From the IMG/VR virus record IMGVR_UViG_3300037515_000591, positions 7,403-71,402 of that record: DNA of 64,000 nt; one strand, 5' to 3'. The DNA comes from a virus. The first letter of the stretch is position 1. Every line of letters begins with the position of its first letter. This document shows, in pieces, positions 28,290-35,626 of this stretch. The translations under genes and the position numbers were made by a program. The notes under the pieces were generated by a model that saw only the letters and a list, made by a program, of their open reading frames with translations, had not been told where the DNA came from and ran no database searches.

Positions 28290-28717
28290 GCGCCCTACGC
28301 CCCGCCACGCTCGACGAATACCTGACCTGGCTACGCGCCTGGCTCACACCCGATCGGCCACCCACGCACGCCTACAACTACCCGTGGGCGCGATGGACGT
28401 GGCTCACCGCCACCCGCGACTTCACCCTCGGCGGCGAGTGCGGAGCAAACGCCGTGCACATCATCGTGCCTGACGGAATCGACTACGCGCGCGGCGACAT
28501 CGGGCACAACGAGCTGTACTTCATGAACGGCCCCGTGCAGTGCGGCGGCCTAGTGCCGGTGTTCTCCGACCCGGCGTTCCAGTCGCTTCCTGGTGTGCCG
28601 GAGTTCATCGCGGCTGAGCGGCTGAAGGAGACTGCGTGGATGCGGGAGCAGGATGAGGCCGAAGAGCAGCGGCTACGGATGGCGGCAGACAGCGACGTGC
28701 CCCGGCGCGCCTGGTGA
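28286..28717 (+). CDS. hypothetical protein
   Basis: ATGA overlap start, 143 aa. Confidence 0.6.
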   Translation: MSALRPATLDEYLTWLRAWLTPDRPPTHAYNYPWARWTWLTATRDFTLGGECGANAVHIIVPDGIDYARGDIGHNELYFMNGPVQCGGLVPVFSDPAFQSLPGVPEFIAAERLKETAWMREQDEAEEQRLRMAADSDVPRRAW

Positions 28718-28736
28718 GCAGCGAGGAGACGAGCAC

Positions 28737-28970
28737 GTGAGCAACGAACCCCGCAGGCCGTCTCCACCGGTGGCCGAGGAGATCCCCAATGTTCTGCCCG
28801 ACGTCTCGTTGACCGTGGTCAACACCGAGTTCGGGCAGATCGCCGTGTCCGATCATCTGGTGCGGATCTGGAACCGGTACGGGTGGCCGGAGGACTCGGT
28901 ACTCAAGCAGATGGCCGACGTGCAACCGCCGGACGGGTGGCCGGTGAGCGGCGAGGAGACCACCCCATGA
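28737..28970 (+). CDS. hypothetical protein
   Basis: GTG 28737 lies after GAGGAGA. 77 aa. Confidence 0.5.
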   Translation: MSNEPRRPSPPVAEEIPNVLPDVSLTVVNTEFGQIAVSDHLVRIWNRYGWPEDSVLKQMADVQPPDGWPVSGEETTP

Positions 28971-29236
28971 GCAACGGCACCGGCTTCGACCGCGACCCCG
29001 AGGCCCTGGCATGGGCACGCAGCAAGGTCGACGTGTTCCTGACCCGCCTCGTCAGCTTCGAGGACCAAGCCGCCGCCGAAGACGACCTGACTACCGTGCA
29101 CGCTTGTCGAGTGTCGCGCCGGATCGCTGAGCTGCACTTCCTTGGCGATGGTGACCGCCAGGTCGGGGCTTTCGACGAGCGTCTTCCTGGACTGGCCGAC
29201 GGAGGCCCAACCCCTGGCGAGGAGACCACCACATGA
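28967..29236 (+). CDS. hypothetical protein
   Basis: ATGA overlap start, 89 aa. Confidence 0.5.
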   Translation: MSNGTGFDRDPEALAWARSKVDVFLTRLVSFEDQAAAEDDLTTVHACRVSRRIAELHFLGDGDRQVGAFDERLPGLADGGPTPGEETTT

Positions 29237-29631
29237 GCGACCGCGAGAACATCCTCTGCCACCTCATGGTCATCTTCTACGACAACACCCAAGGACTCGG
29301 CCTCTGCGGCTGCGGCAACCCCGAAGCCGCCTACGACCTCGTACGCGACCTCCTCAGCCTCGCCCCGTTCTACGAAGACTCCCACTGGAAGACCGCCGAA
29401 GCCCTGACCGGGAACATCCCCGGCGCCCATCACATCGTCCTCGGCGCCATGGACCGAGCCGGGCTGATCGAGCACGGATCGAGCCAGAACGGGGCGTGGC
29501 TCACGGACAAGGGCGAGTGGTGTCTCGCTGCGATGCGGACGGCGGAATTCGACGACCTCGATCAGCAGGGCTATCCGCACGATGGTGATGCGTGCACGGA
29601 CGCCTGCTGGCGCCTACCCGTCGACGTGTAG
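29233..29631 (+). CDS. hypothetical protein
   Basis: ATGA overlap start, 132 aa. Contains GLCGCGNPE. Confidence 0.6.
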   Translation: MSDRENILCHLMVIFYDNTQGLGLCGCGNPEAAYDLVRDLLSLAPFYEDSHWKTAEALTGNIPGAHHIVLGAMDRAGLIEHGSSQNGAWLTDKGEWCLAAMRTAEFDDLDQQGYPHDGDACTDACWRLPVDV

Positions 29632-29646
29632 CCCGCCGCATGACGA

Positions 29647-29679
29647 AGGCCTCGCCGTCGGGGGGACGCGGCGAGGCCT
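29647..29679. terminator. bidirectional terminator hairpin between convergent units
   Basis: AGGCCTCGCCG ... CGGCGAGGCCT, an 11 bp perfect inverted repeat. Confidence 0.6.
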
Positions 29680-29730
29680 CCAGGGGGTGCCGGGCGCTAC
29701 CTGGCGCGCAGCCTTCAGTGTGGCAGGCGG

Positions 29731-29871
29731 TCAGCCTTTCGGCTTGCCGGGGACGGGCTTCTTGGCCTTCGGGTAGTAGCCGCCTCGCGACGCCTGGTAC
29801 TCGGTCGGCTGCTTCTCGTAGTCCGGGATCCGGTTGGGGTCGCGGGTCGGCCAGTTCTTGGGCAGCGCCAT
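29731..29871 (-). CDS. small basic protein
   Basis: MALPKNWPTRDPNRIPDYEKQPTEYQASRGGYYPKAKKPVPGKPKG, with RBS AGGAG. Confidence 0.4.
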   Translation of the reverse strand: MALPKNWPTRDPNRIPDYEKQPTEYQASRGGYYPKAKKPVPGKPKG

Positions 29872-29957
29872 GATGGGGCTCCTGTCTCGCGTGTCGGGAT
29901 GGGACCGGGGCGGCCGGTTAGCTGGCAGGCAGGCGGCCGCCCCGGGGTCTTGTGGGC

Positions 29958-30206
29958 TCAGCGGCCCCAGCAGTTCGCCAGCAGCAGCGCCAGGAAAAAC
30001 AGCAGCGCCCAGAACGAACCCGACGGCAGACACCCGTCGCCGCGGGCTTCCGCATGCACGTGACGGACCTCGTCGCCACCGGCCGGCGCGAGCCCTCCGT
30101 GCGCGTCCCGGCGATGGGCGGCGCCTTCGTCCATGGCGTCCGCTTCGCGGGCGCGGCGCTCCGGGGAGACCGCGTCACAGGCCCGACAGAAGTACTCGTA
30201 CGGCAT
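29958..30206 (-). CDS. small protein with C-terminal hydrophobic helix
   Basis: MPYEYFCRACD...SFWALLFFLALLLANCWG. Confidence 0.4.
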   Translation of the reverse strand: MPYEYFCRACDAVSPERRAREADAMDEGAAHRRDAHGGLAPAGGDEVRHVHAEARGDGCLPSGSFWALLFFLALLLANCWGR

Positions 30207-30236
30207 CAGGGTCTCCGGGGGGCAGTAGGCGCGCGT

Positions 30237-31307
30237 CTACGATGACTTGACTAGACGGCCGTTGATCACGTCGTACCTGTGCACCCCTGGGCCGTTCCCC
30301 TTCGGGGTGCGTACGCCGGGCCGTACGTTGATGTCGGCCTTGTCGAGAAGGTCTCGCACGGCCTTGGTGTCCCCGAGACCGAAGCGTTCACGAACCGTAG
30401 TGAGCAGTACTCCCCTGTCGTCGCCTACTAGCCGGGCAACGGCCGCTCTCACCTGGTCCGAGCTTGCGGTAGCAGCATCGAACGAATCGTCTCCCGTATC
30501 GGCGAAGACCTTGCGAGAGTGCCCAGGCCCAGGGCACGGGCTGATGAAGCCGCGTTGTTCCAAGGCGTCCAGCAGCTTCGCGGCCCTGGAAAAGCCGATC
30601 TTTAGACGTTGCTGGAGCATGGTCGCCGAGGCGATGCCGGTAGAGGTGACCAACTCTGCTGCCTGCGCCAAGAGGTCGTCTGTCTGCCTCTTGCGCAGAT
30701 CGAAAGCCTCGGCCTCGCTCGGGTTGTGACTTGCTACGAATTGCTTGATGTCTCGCGTGTACTTGAACCACTCGCTCCGTCGGACTCGCGCGTCCTTGAA
30801 GCGGTCGTGCAGCGCGGCTTCGAGTTCCCTGCCACCAGCCAGGGTCAGCGCGACGTTCTCCTTCGGCTGGGCCAGAGACGACAGGCGTCCGCCCAAGTTC
30901 GTCGAATAGCCGATCTTGACCCGGTCTCCGTTCGCGATGAAGTAGACGACCGGCTCGTGAGGTCCGCTGAATACGGGCTGAACGGCTTTACCGAAGACTG
31001 GCTGCTGGACTGTCCCTGATGCGGCAGCCGCCAGCATCTCCGGGACGATGGAGATGGCCACCTGCATCCGGTGCCGCTGGCACAGCGCTACGGGAACGGT
31101 GGACGTCACGATGTCGGTGCACGGCTGCCCGCTGTCGGCCGCAAGGCAGCGCGCGCTAAGGTCGGTCATGTCGATCTCCTTTGCAGATCGGCCATGCCCC
31201 GGGACCGTTGGCGCGGTCGCCGGGGTCAGTCTTTGGTTGTGTCTCAAGTATCCCATGTGCACCACCTGTTGAGAGCCATCCGGCATGCCTAGAAGCGCGT
31301 AGATCAT
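30237..31307 (-). CDS. T5orf172 (GIY-YIG-like) domain protein with FtsK-gamma winged helix
   Basis: VVYFIANGDRVKIGYSTNLGGRLSSL...ELEAALHDRF...RSEWF is T5orf172-like. ELVTSTGIASATMLQQRLKIGFSRAAKLLDALEQRGFISP matches the FtsK gamma consensus. The start ATG 31307 overlaps the upstream stop. Confidence 0.7.
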   Translation of the reverse strand: MIYALLGMPDGSQQVVHMGYLRHNQRLTPATAPTVPGHGRSAKEIDMTDLSARCLAADSGQPCTDIVTSTVPVALCQRHRMQVAISIVPEMLAAAASGTVQQPVFGKAVQPVFSGPHEPVVYFIANGDRVKIGYSTNLGGRLSSLAQPKENVALTLAGGRELEAALHDRFKDARVRRSEWFKYTRDIKQFVASHNPSEAEAFDLRKRQTDDLLAQAAELVTSTGIASATMLQQRLKIGFSRAAKLLDALEQRGFISPCPGPGHSRKVFADTGDDSFDAATASSDQVRAAVARLVGDDRGVLLTTVRERFGLGDTKAVRDLLDKADINVRPGVRTPKGNGPGVHRYDVINGRLVKSS

Positions 31308-32047
31308 GTGGTCTTCACCTCCTCTCCAACCCCGGAGAGCGGCGGAGAATCGGCGCTCTGACCTGCATCTCCACCGGAATCCACAGGCGACTCTCCATCG
31401 GAGGGGAGGAGGGCCTCGACGTCGCCTCGGCGGACCCCTGAGCGGCCCGCGACTCGGCCCAGGCGGAGGCTGCGATGGACGGGCACATCGAAGGCCCGGA
31501 GTAGGGCCCTCAACTCGGCGTCCGTACGCCCCTCGTGCCCAGGCAGTTCGCGCATCGCCGGGTACAGCTCGCGGAGGTGGATTCCGGGCCGCTTGCCGAT
31601 GGTGTCGAGGAGCCATTGGGCGAGCGCGTGTCGGGGGTCTGCGGGGGCGTCCTCGGCGGCCTCCGGCTGGGTCTCGTCGGGGGTACGTGCGGTGCGCCGC
31701 TCGGTCCATGCGGTTGCCCGGTCGAGGTACTCCTTCGGGATGAACAGGAGCACCGCGGCCAGCCAGGCGAGGATGATGCCGGCCGCGGTCCAGCCGCCGT
31801 AGAAGCCGACCGCCCACACGGCGACGACGTGGACGCCCCACGCCCAGCCGGTGCCGAAGCGGGCGGCGATCCACGAGCTCGGCCCGCACACACCCAGGAG
31901 CAGCGCGCCGAGGCTGCCGGGCGGCTCGGCCGGCGCCTCATCGACGACGGGCTCGGTCTCTTCGTCCAGCTCATCGACCACCTCGTCGAGGTCCTCCTCG
32001 ACGGGCGCCGGCTCGGGCTGGTGTTTCCGCAGGCTGAAGTACGTCAT
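31304..32047 (-). CDS. membrane protein, acidic N-terminus
   Basis: ATG 32047. Hydrophobic helices GALLLGVCGPSSWIAARF, VHVVAVWAVGFYGGW and AAGIILAWLAAVLLFI. Confidence 0.6.
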   Translation of the reverse strand: MTYFSLRKHQPEPAPVEEDLDEVVDELDEETEPVVDEAPAEPPGSLGALLLGVCGPSSWIAARFGTGWAWGVHVVAVWAVGFYGGWTAAGIILAWLAAVLLFIPKEYLDRATAWTERRTARTPDETQPEAAEDAPADPRHALAQWLLDTIGKRPGIHLRELYPAMRELPGHEGRTDAELRALLRAFDVPVHRSLRLGRVAGRSGVRRGDVEALLPSDGESPVDSGGDAGQSADSPPLSGVGEEVKTT

Positions 32048-32448
32048 GCCAGGTTCGCCCCCAGGTCGGCGATCGCGTCGGAGATGTACGCCCACGTGCC
32101 GCCTGCACCTGCGGCGATGTACCAGAAGAAGATCCCCAGGACGCCGATCTGCTTCGTCGTCAGCCGCTTGAACAGAATGAAGATCGCCATGGACAGGGCG
32201 AGCGCGGGCATCGTCACGCCGGGGATCACATCGTTGACGGTCGCGATGAGGCTGCCCACGAAGTCCGGGACGAACTTGAAGAAGCCTCCGGCCGCCTTAT
32301 AGGCGGACCCGGCGAGCATCGACAGAATCAGGGTGGGCCACCAGCCGAGCGGCTTCAACCGGCCGCCGCCGGGGATCCCGACGAGCAAGAGCACGGTGAG
32401 GACGACGGCCAGGCCGACGGTGCCGAGGTTGCCGAACACGCTGTTCAC
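32044..32448 (-). CDS. polytopic membrane protein
   Basis: 134 aa with about four hydrophobic helices. Confidence 0.65.
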   Translation of the reverse strand: MNSVFGNLGTVGLAVVLTVLLLVGIPGGGRLKPLGWWPTLILSMLAGSAYKAAGGFFKFVPDFVGSLIATVNDVIPGVTMPALALSMAIFILFKRLTTKQIGVLGIFFWYIAAGAGGTWAYISDAIADLGANLA

Positions 32449-32457
32449 GACGGGTTC

Positions 32458-33168
32458 CTAAGGCTGGTAGCCGGTGCCGTACAGGGCGATACCGGCGATG
32501 ACGGATGAGACGGGGACGGCAGCAGCCCAGGCGACGGGCCACGCCCACGTGCGGGAGCGCCGGTACAGGGCGCAGGCGCAGAACCCGAGGCCGTACAGGG
32601 CGAATGCGGAGGGGCTGGCCCAGTGGCCGTCGGCGTACCAGGCGGCGGTGTCGGTGCCCCAGTCGACCCAGCCGAGCGGCCAGCCTGCTGCGGCGGCGGT
32701 GGCGTGGTAGATGAGCCAGCGGATGCGGTTGGGGATGCGGTCGTAGGCGTCGAGGAGGGATTGGCGGGGCGGGTGGGGCTGGTCGTCGCGGTATGTGGGG
32801 CGGGCGGTGCGGCGCTTGGGCGGCCGTGGGGCGGGGGCCCGGGTCGGGCCGGGGTCCGCGGGTTCTTCTACTGGCTCCGGTTCGTCCTCGGCGGGCTCCT
32901 CGTCGGCCTCGCCGGCGTCGTCGGCGGTGAGGTCGGTGGGCTTGCGGCTCCACCAGTTCGGGAGCCGTGGCGCAGCCCGGCGCGTGGGCGGCCTGGGCTG
33001 CTCGTCGCCGTACAGGTCGTCCCACCACGCGTCTTCCGCTGCGGGCCGGTATCCGTCCGACGGCGGGCCGGGCGGCATGGGTGGTGGCGTGGCGTCCGGG
33101 CCGTCGATGAGACGGCGGAGACTGCCGCGGATACGGAGCTCGTCAGCGCCGGGCTTCGTCTCGCCCAT
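32458..33168 (-). CDS. Pro-rich N-terminus plus polytopic membrane C-terminus
   Basis: ATG 33168. The N-terminus MGETKPGADELRIRGSLRRLIDGPDATPPPMPPGPPSDGYRP is paralogous to the 33308-33556 protein. Confidence 0.6.
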   Translation of the reverse strand: MGETKPGADELRIRGSLRRLIDGPDATPPPMPPGPPSDGYRPAAEDAWWDDLYGDEQPRPPTRRAAPRLPNWWSRKPTDLTADDAGEADEEPAEDEPEPVEEPADPGPTRAPAPRPPKRRTARPTYRDDQPHPPRQSLLDAYDRIPNRIRWLIYHATAAAAGWPLGWVDWGTDTAAWYADGHWASPSAFALYGLGFCACALYRRSRTWAWPVAWAAAVPVSSVIAGIALYGTGYQP

Positions 33169-33308
33169 CACAGCCCCCACCACATCTGAACGGCGATCAC
33201 GACGGCCATGGCCAGGGAGACGCGGGAGAGGAAACGGGCGTCGGAGGCAGGCGCGCGCCATCCGGCGGCAGCGACGGCCAGGAACCCGCCGAGGAGGAGG
33301 TAGCCCAT
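33168..33308 (-). CDS. 46 aa two-helix membrane peptide (not in ORF track)
   Basis: My translation is MGYLLLGGFLAVAAAGWRAPASDARFLSRVSLAMAVVIAVQMWWGL. It has ATGA overlaps at both ends. Confidence 0.4.
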   Translation of the reverse strand: MGYLLLGGFLAVAAAGWRAPASDARFLSRVSLAMAVVIAVQMWWGL

Positions 33309-33556
33309 CACGCGCCCCTCAGGTAGCGGTTGACGGTCTCCGGCTTGGCGACTGATTCCGGGACGTGCGCGGGGGGCGGGGGTGTGGCGTTGCTGTCGAG
33401 GATGTCGTCGAGCCAGTCCCGCGGGCGCGCGGGCCGGTAGCCGTCAGGTGGCGGCCCAGGCGGCATGGGTGGGGGTTCGACTGTGGGGCCGTCGACGAGC
33501 TTGCGGAGACGGTCCTGGATACGGCGCTCGTCGGCGTCCGGCTTCGCCCCGCTCAT
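33308..33556 (-). CDS. Pro-rich small protein (paralog of the 32458-33168 N-terminus)
   Basis: MSGAKPDADERRIQDRLRKLVDGPTVEPPPMPPGPPPDGYRP... Confidence 0.55.
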   Translation of the reverse strand: MSGAKPDADERRIQDRLRKLVDGPTVEPPPMPPGPPPDGYRPARPRDWLDDILDSNATPPPPAHVPESVAKPETVNRYLRGA

Positions 33557-34572
33557 GACCGCACCTGCCGGGCTTCGCGCAGGTACCGCTTCGCGGTCGC
33601 GGGACTCACGTCCAGGAGCTCAGCGACCTGAGCTGAGGTGAGCCCCGAGTCCTGAGCCACGAGCTCAGCCACCCGCGCCACGCTCTGAGCCCGCTGGGCC
33701 GACTGTGCGGTGAGGTGTGCGGAGAACCCGAAGGCGTGGGCCTCGGGCTCGGCAGCCTGGGCCTGAGGCTCAGGTGCTGCGGCCTGCGACGACGTGAGAA
33801 CGATGGGCGCGCCGGACGGGTGAGGCTCAACCATCTGAGCCTCGGGCTCAACCGCCTGAGCCTCGGGCTCGGTGGGCTCATCGCGCCGCGCCTCGGGCCC
33901 TGGCTGAGCTACCTCGATGGCCTGAGCCGCTACCTCATCGAACGCGCGAAGAGACTCGGCAGTTGAGCCGGCCGTCAGGGCGAGTGGCGTACGGCGCTGG
34001 ATCTCGGCACGCTTCTCGATCCGCTCCAGGCTGATCTGGAAGTCGGCGTCATCGCGGGCAAGGACGGTGCGCGCTTCAGCCTTGATACGGGCGATCTCCG
34101 CGTCCGCGGCCCGGGTGAGCTGCTCCAGGCCGGCCTCGTGGAGCTGCGCGGTGTACGAGCTGCTGCGCATGACGTCGTGGATCTCGGCCTGCTGCTCCGG
34201 GGTGAGGGCGGCCGGGTCGCGCATCGCGGCGAGCGCGAACACCCACACGATCTTCCCGACGCCCACGACGAACGGCCCAGCGATCGCCTGCCCGCGGGAT
34301 GCTTCGGCTCCGTGGATGACGAGGAGGACGGCGACACCGACGGCGATGGCCCAGCCGGCCAGTGGGGCGGGCCATCGGCGGCCGCCGATGGTGACGCCCT
34401 GGTACTCGGCCCACAGGACGGTGACCCAGCCGATGTCTCCGGCGAGGGCGACGGACAGGCCGAACGGTCCGCTGTGCATGAGGTCGGTGATGGCGTAGGC
34501 GGACCAGATGAGGGAGAGGGCTGCGAGGGCGGCGGCGCCGTAGGTGATGGCGGGCCGACGGGTGGTCTTCAT
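33553..34572 (-). CDS. DUF2637-like membrane protein with C-terminal HTH (SpdB-like architecture)
   Basis: ATG 34572. It has four N-terminal hydrophobic helices, a coiled middle, and a C-terminal LTSAQVAELLDVSPATAKRYLREA. Confidence 0.65.
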   Translation of the reverse strand: MKTTRRPAITYGAAALAALSLIWSAYAITDLMHSGPFGLSVALAGDIGWVTVLWAEYQGVTIGGRRWPAPLAGWAIAVGVAVLLVIHGAEASRGQAIAGPFVVGVGKIVWVFALAAMRDPAALTPEQQAEIHDVMRSSSYTAQLHEAGLEQLTRAADAEIARIKAEARTVLARDDADFQISLERIEKRAEIQRRTPLALTAGSTAESLRAFDEVAAQAIEVAQPGPEARRDEPTEPEAQAVEPEAQMVEPHPSGAPIVLTSSQAAAPEPQAQAAEPEAHAFGFSAHLTAQSAQRAQSVARVAELVAQDSGLTSAQVAELLDVSPATAKRYLREARQVRS

Positions 34573-34703
34573 CGGATCTTCCAGGCGTAGGCGGCGATCA
34601 CAGCGCTGACGAGGAACGGTGCGGGTTGGTCGGTGAGGAGGGCGACGGCGGCGCACACGGTGAAGCCGTAGCGCGCGAGGGGCGTTTGGAAGTGGCGGCG
34701 CAT
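34569..34703 (-). CDS. 44 aa hydrophobic peptide (not in ORF track)
   Basis: My translation is MRRHFQTPLARYGFTVCAAVALLTDQPAPFLVSAVIAAYAWKIR. It has RBS GGAGG and an ATGA overlap with the next gene. Confidence 0.35.
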   Translation of the reverse strand: MRRHFQTPLARYGFTVCAAVALLTDQPAPFLVSAVIAAYAWKIR

Positions 34704-34723
34704 CGGGGCCTCCGGGGGTGGGG

Positions 34724-34759
34724 CCGCCGCCCCGCGGGGGGAATGTCGCGGGGCGGCGG
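34724..34759 (-). terminator. 13 bp perfect stem-loop
   Basis: CCGCCGCCCCGCG gggggaatgt CGCGGGGCGGCGG. Confidence 0.55.
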
Positions 34760-34771
34760 CGGTCGGGTGGG

Positions 34772-34984
34772 TTAGCGGGCGCGGTACCAGCCGCCGTGTC
34801 GGTCGCGTTGCCTGTCGGTGTCTTCCCAGGCTTGGCCTTGGCGGGCGGCTCGGGTGGCGCCGTTGTTGCGGTGGCTGCGGCGGCGTTGGCGGGAGGCGGA
34901 TGCGGTCGCGGACTCGCGGCCCGGGTATCGGGTTGCTGCGCGTTCGTGGTCGTTGCCGCCGCCGAGGAACTTGGGGAGCCTCAC
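34772..34984 (-). CDS. small basic protein
   Basis: The GTG start overlaps the upstream stop. VRLPKFLGGGNDHERAATRYPGRES...WEDTDRQRDRHGGWYRAR has high GC3. Confidence 0.4.
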   Translation of the reverse strand: MRLPKFLGGGNDHERAATRYPGRESATASASRQRRRSHRNNGATRAARQGQAWEDTDRQRDRHGGWYRAR

Positions 34985-35091
34985 CGGCCGCCGCCTTGGG
35001 TGCCGGTGAGGCAGTGGGCGAGGTTTCGGCATGCCGCGCAGGTCCAGGCGGTGAGGCCGAACCATCCGCCGCAGGTGTCGCACTGGCTCAC
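34981..35091 (-). CDS. 36 aa CxxC...CxxC peptide (not in ORF track)
   Basis: VSQCDTCGGWFGLTAWTCAACRNLAHCLTGTQGGGR, with GTGA overlaps at both ends. Confidence 0.3.
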   Translation of the reverse strand: MSQCDTCGGWFGLTAWTCAACRNLAHCLTGTQGGGR

Positions 35092-35215
35092 AGCGACCCC
35101 CCAGGCGCGCGACGCGGGAGGCTGTCCTCGGGGTGGGGGCGGGGCGCGGGGACCGGGTGACGTTGCGGCATGTCGCCGCCGGGCCGCTGATGCTCGGGGG
35201 TTGGCTGCTGCTCGC

Positions 35216-35491
35216 TCATGCGTTCACCGCCCGCAGTTCGGCCGCGTACTGGCCTTGCGTCATCCCGTAAGTCGGGGGCGTGGAAGCGAGAAGGTACTGC
35301 CGCTCGCGGACGCTGCTCGTGTTCCGCTCGGCCTCGCCGATGAGGGTGTTCTCGGTCATCGGGGCGCCCGGGTTGGTGTCGAGCTGGTCGGCGATGCTGG
35401 CGGTTTGGGTATGCATGCGGGTGCGTTCGGTGTCGGTGACTTGCCCGGTCGCCGGGGTGGGCTGTTGCGGTTGCCGCTGGATACGATCCAC
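35216..35491 (-). CDS. hypothetical protein
   Basis: 91 aa ORF. The C-terminal half MTENTLIGEAERNTSSVRERQYLL... is clearly coding-like. The start is uncertain. Confidence 0.45.
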   Translation of the reverse strand: MDRIQRQPQQPTPATGQVTDTERTRMHTQTASIADQLDTNPGAPMTENTLIGEAERNTSSVRERQYLLASTPPTYGMTQGQYAAELRAVNA

Positions 35492-35584
35492 GTGGTCATC
35501 TCCTGTGTTGGCAGGTGGTGGCTGGCCCCGGCCGGGCTCTCACAACCGACCGGGGCCGTTCTGTTGGTGCTGTACGAACGTAGC

Positions 35585-35611
35585 GACTTATTGCGCTGAA
35601 CGCAATAAGTC
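35585..35611. promoter_or_regulatory. AT-rich perfect palindrome upstream of the 35627 gene
   Basis: GACTTATTGCG ctgaa CGCAATAAGTC lies immediately before RBS GGGAGGG. Confidence 0.5.
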
Positions 35612-35626
35612 TGGGAGGGTGGCCCC

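Noticed and set aside
29731-35491. Complete conjugative element (AICE) nested in the prophage.
   Set aside because: There is no TraB/FtsK-type ATPase motor, no separate integrase or replication gene in the block, and I did not see a cluster of GACCCGGA-type 8-mers (only an isolated copy near 47.2 kb). Only the Spd-like part is present.
29731-35491. Lysis cassette (holins), because of the many small membrane proteins.
   Set aside because: No endolysin-like gene is adjacent. There are far more membrane proteins than a holin/antiholin pair. Lysis genes are expected beyond the tail genes, left of the window.
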